DNA from: Planctomycetota bacterium
Lineage (GTDB): Bacteria > Planctomycetota > B15-G4
DNA length: 64,000 bases
Direction: 5' to 3'
Assembly (NCBI GenBank): GCA_038212275.1
Contig: JBBQUR010000005.1
Coordinates: 1-64,000 of the forward strand
The notes under the pieces were generated by a model. The model did not search any database. It had not been told where the DNA came from and worked only from the letters and a program-made list of their open reading frames with translations. A program made the translations under genes and the position numbers. Below, one piece after another: positions 60,921 through 64,000 of this stretch (position 1 is its first letter; every line of letters begins with the position of its first letter).

Positions 60921-62447
60921 ATGATCACCCTGCTGTTTGTGAGCCTGCTTTCGGTGTCCGCTGCACCGGCAGCCCAGAGTGCTGTTCCTGCCGGTGCGGC
61001 GACTGCGCCCTTAGCCGACGCCGCCGCGGACCCAGCGCTGGACGCCAAGATCACCGCCGCCGGCAAGGACGTCGGCAAACTGCTCGAGCTGGCCGCCGCG
61101 TGCACGGCCGCCGGCCAGGACGACGATGCGAAGAAGGTGTTCGCGAAGGTGCTCGAAGTGGATGCGGCCAACGAGGTCGCGCACAAGGGACTGCGCCACC
61201 AGTTCTACGACGGGAAGTGGTACGGCAGCTTCGCGGAGCTCTCCAAGTTCAAGCGCGAGGAAGCCGCGGCCATGAAGGCCAAGGGCCTGGCGCGCTTCAA
61301 GGACGGCTGGGTGCCCGAAGCCGACGTGCCCTTCCTCACCATGGGCTGGACGAAGGACTCGTCCGGCGGCTGGGAAAATCCCGCCGAGGCCGCGGCCGCC
61401 GTGCAGGTCGCCGAATGGCAGAAGGCCGGCTACGTCTTCCGTGCCGACGACAACAGCTGGGTCGCGCCCGACGACGCGGACCTCATTGCGAAGCTGCTGT
61501 GGAAGTGCGGCGACGAGTGGGTCGAGACCGACGTCGCGAACGCCTATCACACCGAGATCGGCGCCTGGTGGCAGCTCGTCGGCGAGCACTTCACGGTGTG
61601 GACGACCTGCGACTGGGACGGGGGCAACTGGGCGCGCTGGTATGCCGACAAGACCTGGCCCGATCTCGTGCGGCTCTTCGGCGTTGAGCCCGCATCGCGT
61701 CCGCACTTCATCGTTCTGAACAGCATCAGCCAGTACAACCAGGCCTCGGGCGGAAACCCGCCGAGCATCCCGGAATCCGAGGGCTGGTCGTCGGTGTTCG
61801 GCGCGTATTTCGCGGACGCCTACTTCGACCTCGGCGTCAAGCCGCCGCTGTACCAGGGTGCGGGCGTCAGCTTCTGGGATCGCAACGACGCCGGCTTGAA
61901 GGCATGGGGTCCGGGCTGGTTGCGCTGGGCGGCGGCGCAGAGCTACGTGGATGCCATCGACCCGTCGTGGTCGGCCATCGCGGCGACCATCTCCGGCGGC
62001 GCAGGCAACGGTGCCGCACCCAACGCCGCAGCGTTCTGGGGGGAGAAGAAGATCCCGCGCTGGCTGCGCTACGGCGCCGCCTCCTACGCGGAGCGCTTCA
62101 TGACAAATCCCGATGCTCCCGAGGGCTCCGATCCGTGGGGCCTGCGCGCCTTCGCCTTCGGTGAGCTGAAGAAGGGCGGCGGACTCGGCAAGCTCGAGGA
62201 CGTCTTCGCCTTCCAGATCGATCCGAACAAGCAGGACGAGGCGGCGCACCTCTACCAGCAGGCCGGCCTGCTGGTCTCCTTCATCCTGGACGGTGCGGCG
62301 GGCGACAAGGCCATCGGGTCCGCGCACGACGCTTTCCGCAGCGCGCTGCAGTCAGGCTCGAAGGCCGAGGTGACTGCCGCGGCGGAGGCGTTGCAGAAGG
62401 CGCTCGTCACCAGCGAACCGGAGATCCGGAAGTTCGCCGGGCTGTAA
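60921..62447 (+). CDS. Secreted protein with TPR and degenerate zincin-like (DUF1570-like) region
   Basis: Signal peptide; TPR-like VLEVDAANEVAHKGL; PRWLRYGAASYAE and LYQQAGLLVSFIL resemble gluzincin helices. Confidence 0.65.
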   Translation: MITLLFVSLLSVSAAPAAQSAVPAGAATAPLADAAADPALDAKITAAGKDVGKLLELAAACTAAGQDDDAKKVFAKVLEVDAANEVAHKGLRHQFYDGKWYGSFAELSKFKREEAAAMKAKGLARFKDGWVPEADVPFLTMGWTKDSSGGWENPAEAAAAVQVAEWQKAGYVFRADDNSWVAPDDADLIAKLLWKCGDEWVETDVANAYHTEIGAWWQLVGEHFTVWTTCDWDGGNWARWYADKTWPDLVRLFGVEPASRPHFIVLNSISQYNQASGGNPPSIPESEGWSSVFGAYFADAYFDLGVKPPLYQGAGVSFWDRNDAGLKAWGPGWLRWAAAQSYVDAIDPSWSAIAATISGGAGNGAAPNAAAFWGEKKIPRWLRYGAASYAERFMTNPDAPEGSDPWGLRAFAFGELKKGGGLGKLEDVFAFQIDPNKQDEAAHLYQQAGLLVSFILDGAAGDKAIGSAHDAFRSALQSGSKAEVTAAAEALQKALVTSEPEIRKFAGL

Positions 62448-62498
62448 GTCCGAAGCGGCCGATGTGAATCGGCCGCGACGGCGCCCGCGCCCGCGCCT

Positions 62499-64000
62499 CT
62501 ATTTCTTCATGGCCGCCTCGGCCTCGCGGCGCCAGCGCATGGCGTCGGAGCGTTCCCAGGCCGCGGGGTTGCCGCCGGTCTGCGCGTTCCACTCGACCAT
62601 GCCGCGGTCGAAGTAATCGCGCGCCTCGTTGCCGCGGCCGAGGTGGCTGTAGATCAGCGAGCGCATGAAGTCGAAGCAGTTCGGCGTGAGGATCAACGCG
62701 TCGGTGCTCCTGAAATGCCCCTCGACGGCGGCAAGCGCGCCGGGCCAGTCCTCCATGCGGATACGCGCCACCATCTCCACCAGCCAGTTCCAGTCGCTCA
62801 GGTCCGCCACGGCCGAGCGCTCCTTGAGCACGCGCAGCACGAATTCCGGATCGCGCTGCGCCGGATCCGGGTGATCGACGAGCGGGTAGAGATACGTGAC
62901 GATGGCGAGCGGCCTGTTTTCGTCGGCGAGCGCGCGCTCCATGTCGTCCTTGCCGGCCTTCCCGTTCAGGTAGCGGATCGCGAGCAGGTCCGGAGACCAG
63001 TCGGGGTTGTCCTTGAGCTGCATCGCATGTTCGATGTTCGCCAGCGCGCCCGGGTAGTCGCCGAGCTGGAGCTGCACCAGGCTCAGGTTGTAGGGGGGAT
63101 CCGCCCATTTCTCATCCGAGGACATGCAGGCGCGATACGCACCCTCGACATCCGTCATCCTGCCGAGCGACCACAGAGACTCCGCGATCACGAAGAGCGT
63201 GCGCGGGACATCGGGCCGCAGGCTGAGCGCCGCCATGCGGCAGGCGAGCGCGGCCTGGTAGCGGCCAGCCAGCTGGTAGATGTTCCCGCCGATCGACTGC
63301 AGCACGTAGTCGCCCGGGTAGAGGTACTGCGCCTGGTCGTACATGCGGTAGACGTCGGGGCGGTGCTCCGGGAAGCGTGTCCACAGCGTCGTGCTCAGCA
63401 CCCAGATGGAGCCCGGCGCAAGCTTGGCGAGATTTGCGGGTGACGACAGCTCGAGCAGCGTCGGCAGGTCGTTGTCGAAGATCGCCTGGCGGAGGCGCAG
63501 ACGTTCGGGGTTCGGGTCGAGGTCCATCGCGAGGTAGAGCAGGTTTTCGGCCTCGGGGGACTTGGAGCCGAAGACCTTTCGGCGCACGCGGCCCCAGTCG
63601 TCCAGCGCGAGCGCGACCTCCTCGGCGATGTCGCGATCGCGGATGCGCTTGAGCGCGGGCAGCAGGTCGTCGCCCTCGAGCTCGACGCCATAGTCGTGAA
63701 AGGCCTGTGCAAAGGCTGCATCGAGCTCGGCTTCGCGCTTGTCGTCGTTGAGCGCCTCGATCTGCCGGATGCGGAGGTCCACGAGGCGCTGGCGCAGCGT
63801 CTCGTCCTGCGCCTTCAGCGTGCGTTCGCGTTCGACGGCGCCGAGGTCCGCTTCCGCCTGCGCCACGATGTGCCTCGAGCGTTCCAGCAGCGCGGCGTCG
63901 GCGCCGCCCGCCTCGGCCAGCGACAGGGCGCGCTGCGCGGAGGTGAGAGCCTCCTCCGGCTTGCCCGTCTGGCTGAAGGCGATCGACTCGCTGTGCGCGG
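62499..64000 (-). CDS. C-terminal TPR half of a Ser/Thr kinase paralog (runs off window end)
   Basis: Colinear similarity to 56443..59385 (AFHDYGVE vs [22 protein letters not shown] vs [21 protein letters not shown] vs HQLG..GEAR); kinase domain not in window. Confidence 0.75.
   Translation of the reverse strand, partial: AHSESIAFSQTGKPEEALTSAQRALSLAEAGGADAALLERSRHIVAQAEADLGAVERERTLKAQDETLRQRLVDLRIRQIEALNDDKREAELDAAFAQAFHDYGVELEGDDLLPALKRIRDRDIAEEVALALDDWGRVRRKVFGSKSPEAENLLYLAMDLDPNPERLRLRQAIFDNDLPTLLELSSPANLAKLAPGSIWVLSTTLWTRFPEHRPDVYRMYDQAQYLYPGDYVLQSIGGNIYQLAGRYQAALACRMAALSLRPDVPRTLFVIAESLWSLGRMTDVEGAYRACMSSDEKWADPPYNLSLVQLQLGDYPGALANIEHAMQLKDNPDWSPDLLAIRYLNGKAGKDDMERALADENRPLAIVTYLYPLVDHPDPAQRDPEFVLRVLKERSAVADLSDWNWLVEMVARIRMEDWPGALAAVEGHFRSTDALILTPNCFDFMRSLIYSHLGRGNEARDYFDRGMVEWNAQTGGNPAAWERSDAMRWRREAEAAMKK

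Overview
GC-rich bacterial chromosome segment, most likely from an uncultured Planctomycetota-type organism (inferred from Ser/Thr kinase-TPR paralogs, FG-GAP proteins and many secreted proteins sharing a C-terminal domain). About 45 genes, one tRNA-Asp(GTC), a frameshifted IS4-family element and an apparently intact IS630. Main highlights: (1) a translationally coupled operon at 16.1-27.7 kb that looks like an undescribed C7-cyclitol/aminocyclitol pathway, with a non-AroB sugar-phosphate cyclase, cupin, nucleotidyltransferase, ROK kinase::DegT aminotransferase fusion, GH4::radical-SAM/SPASM fusion, TIM-barrel epimerase and dTMP-kinase::NUDIX fusion, flanked by a NUDIX and a GT4; (2) a MamK-like actin with a coiled-coil partner and a divergent orphan BY-kinase/MinD-like ATPase, with no magnetosome genes in the window; (3) a co-oriented run of two B12-radical SAM enzymes, a beta-propeller sensor kinase, a NarL regulator and a 57-aa peptide that may be a RiPP or signal-peptide system; (4) a recurring ~120-aa C-terminal domain on unrelated secreted proteins; (5) GlgB with a histone-H1-like Lys/Ala N-terminal extension. 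All calls come from reading motifs by eye; no database searches were run, and start codons were chosen by eye.
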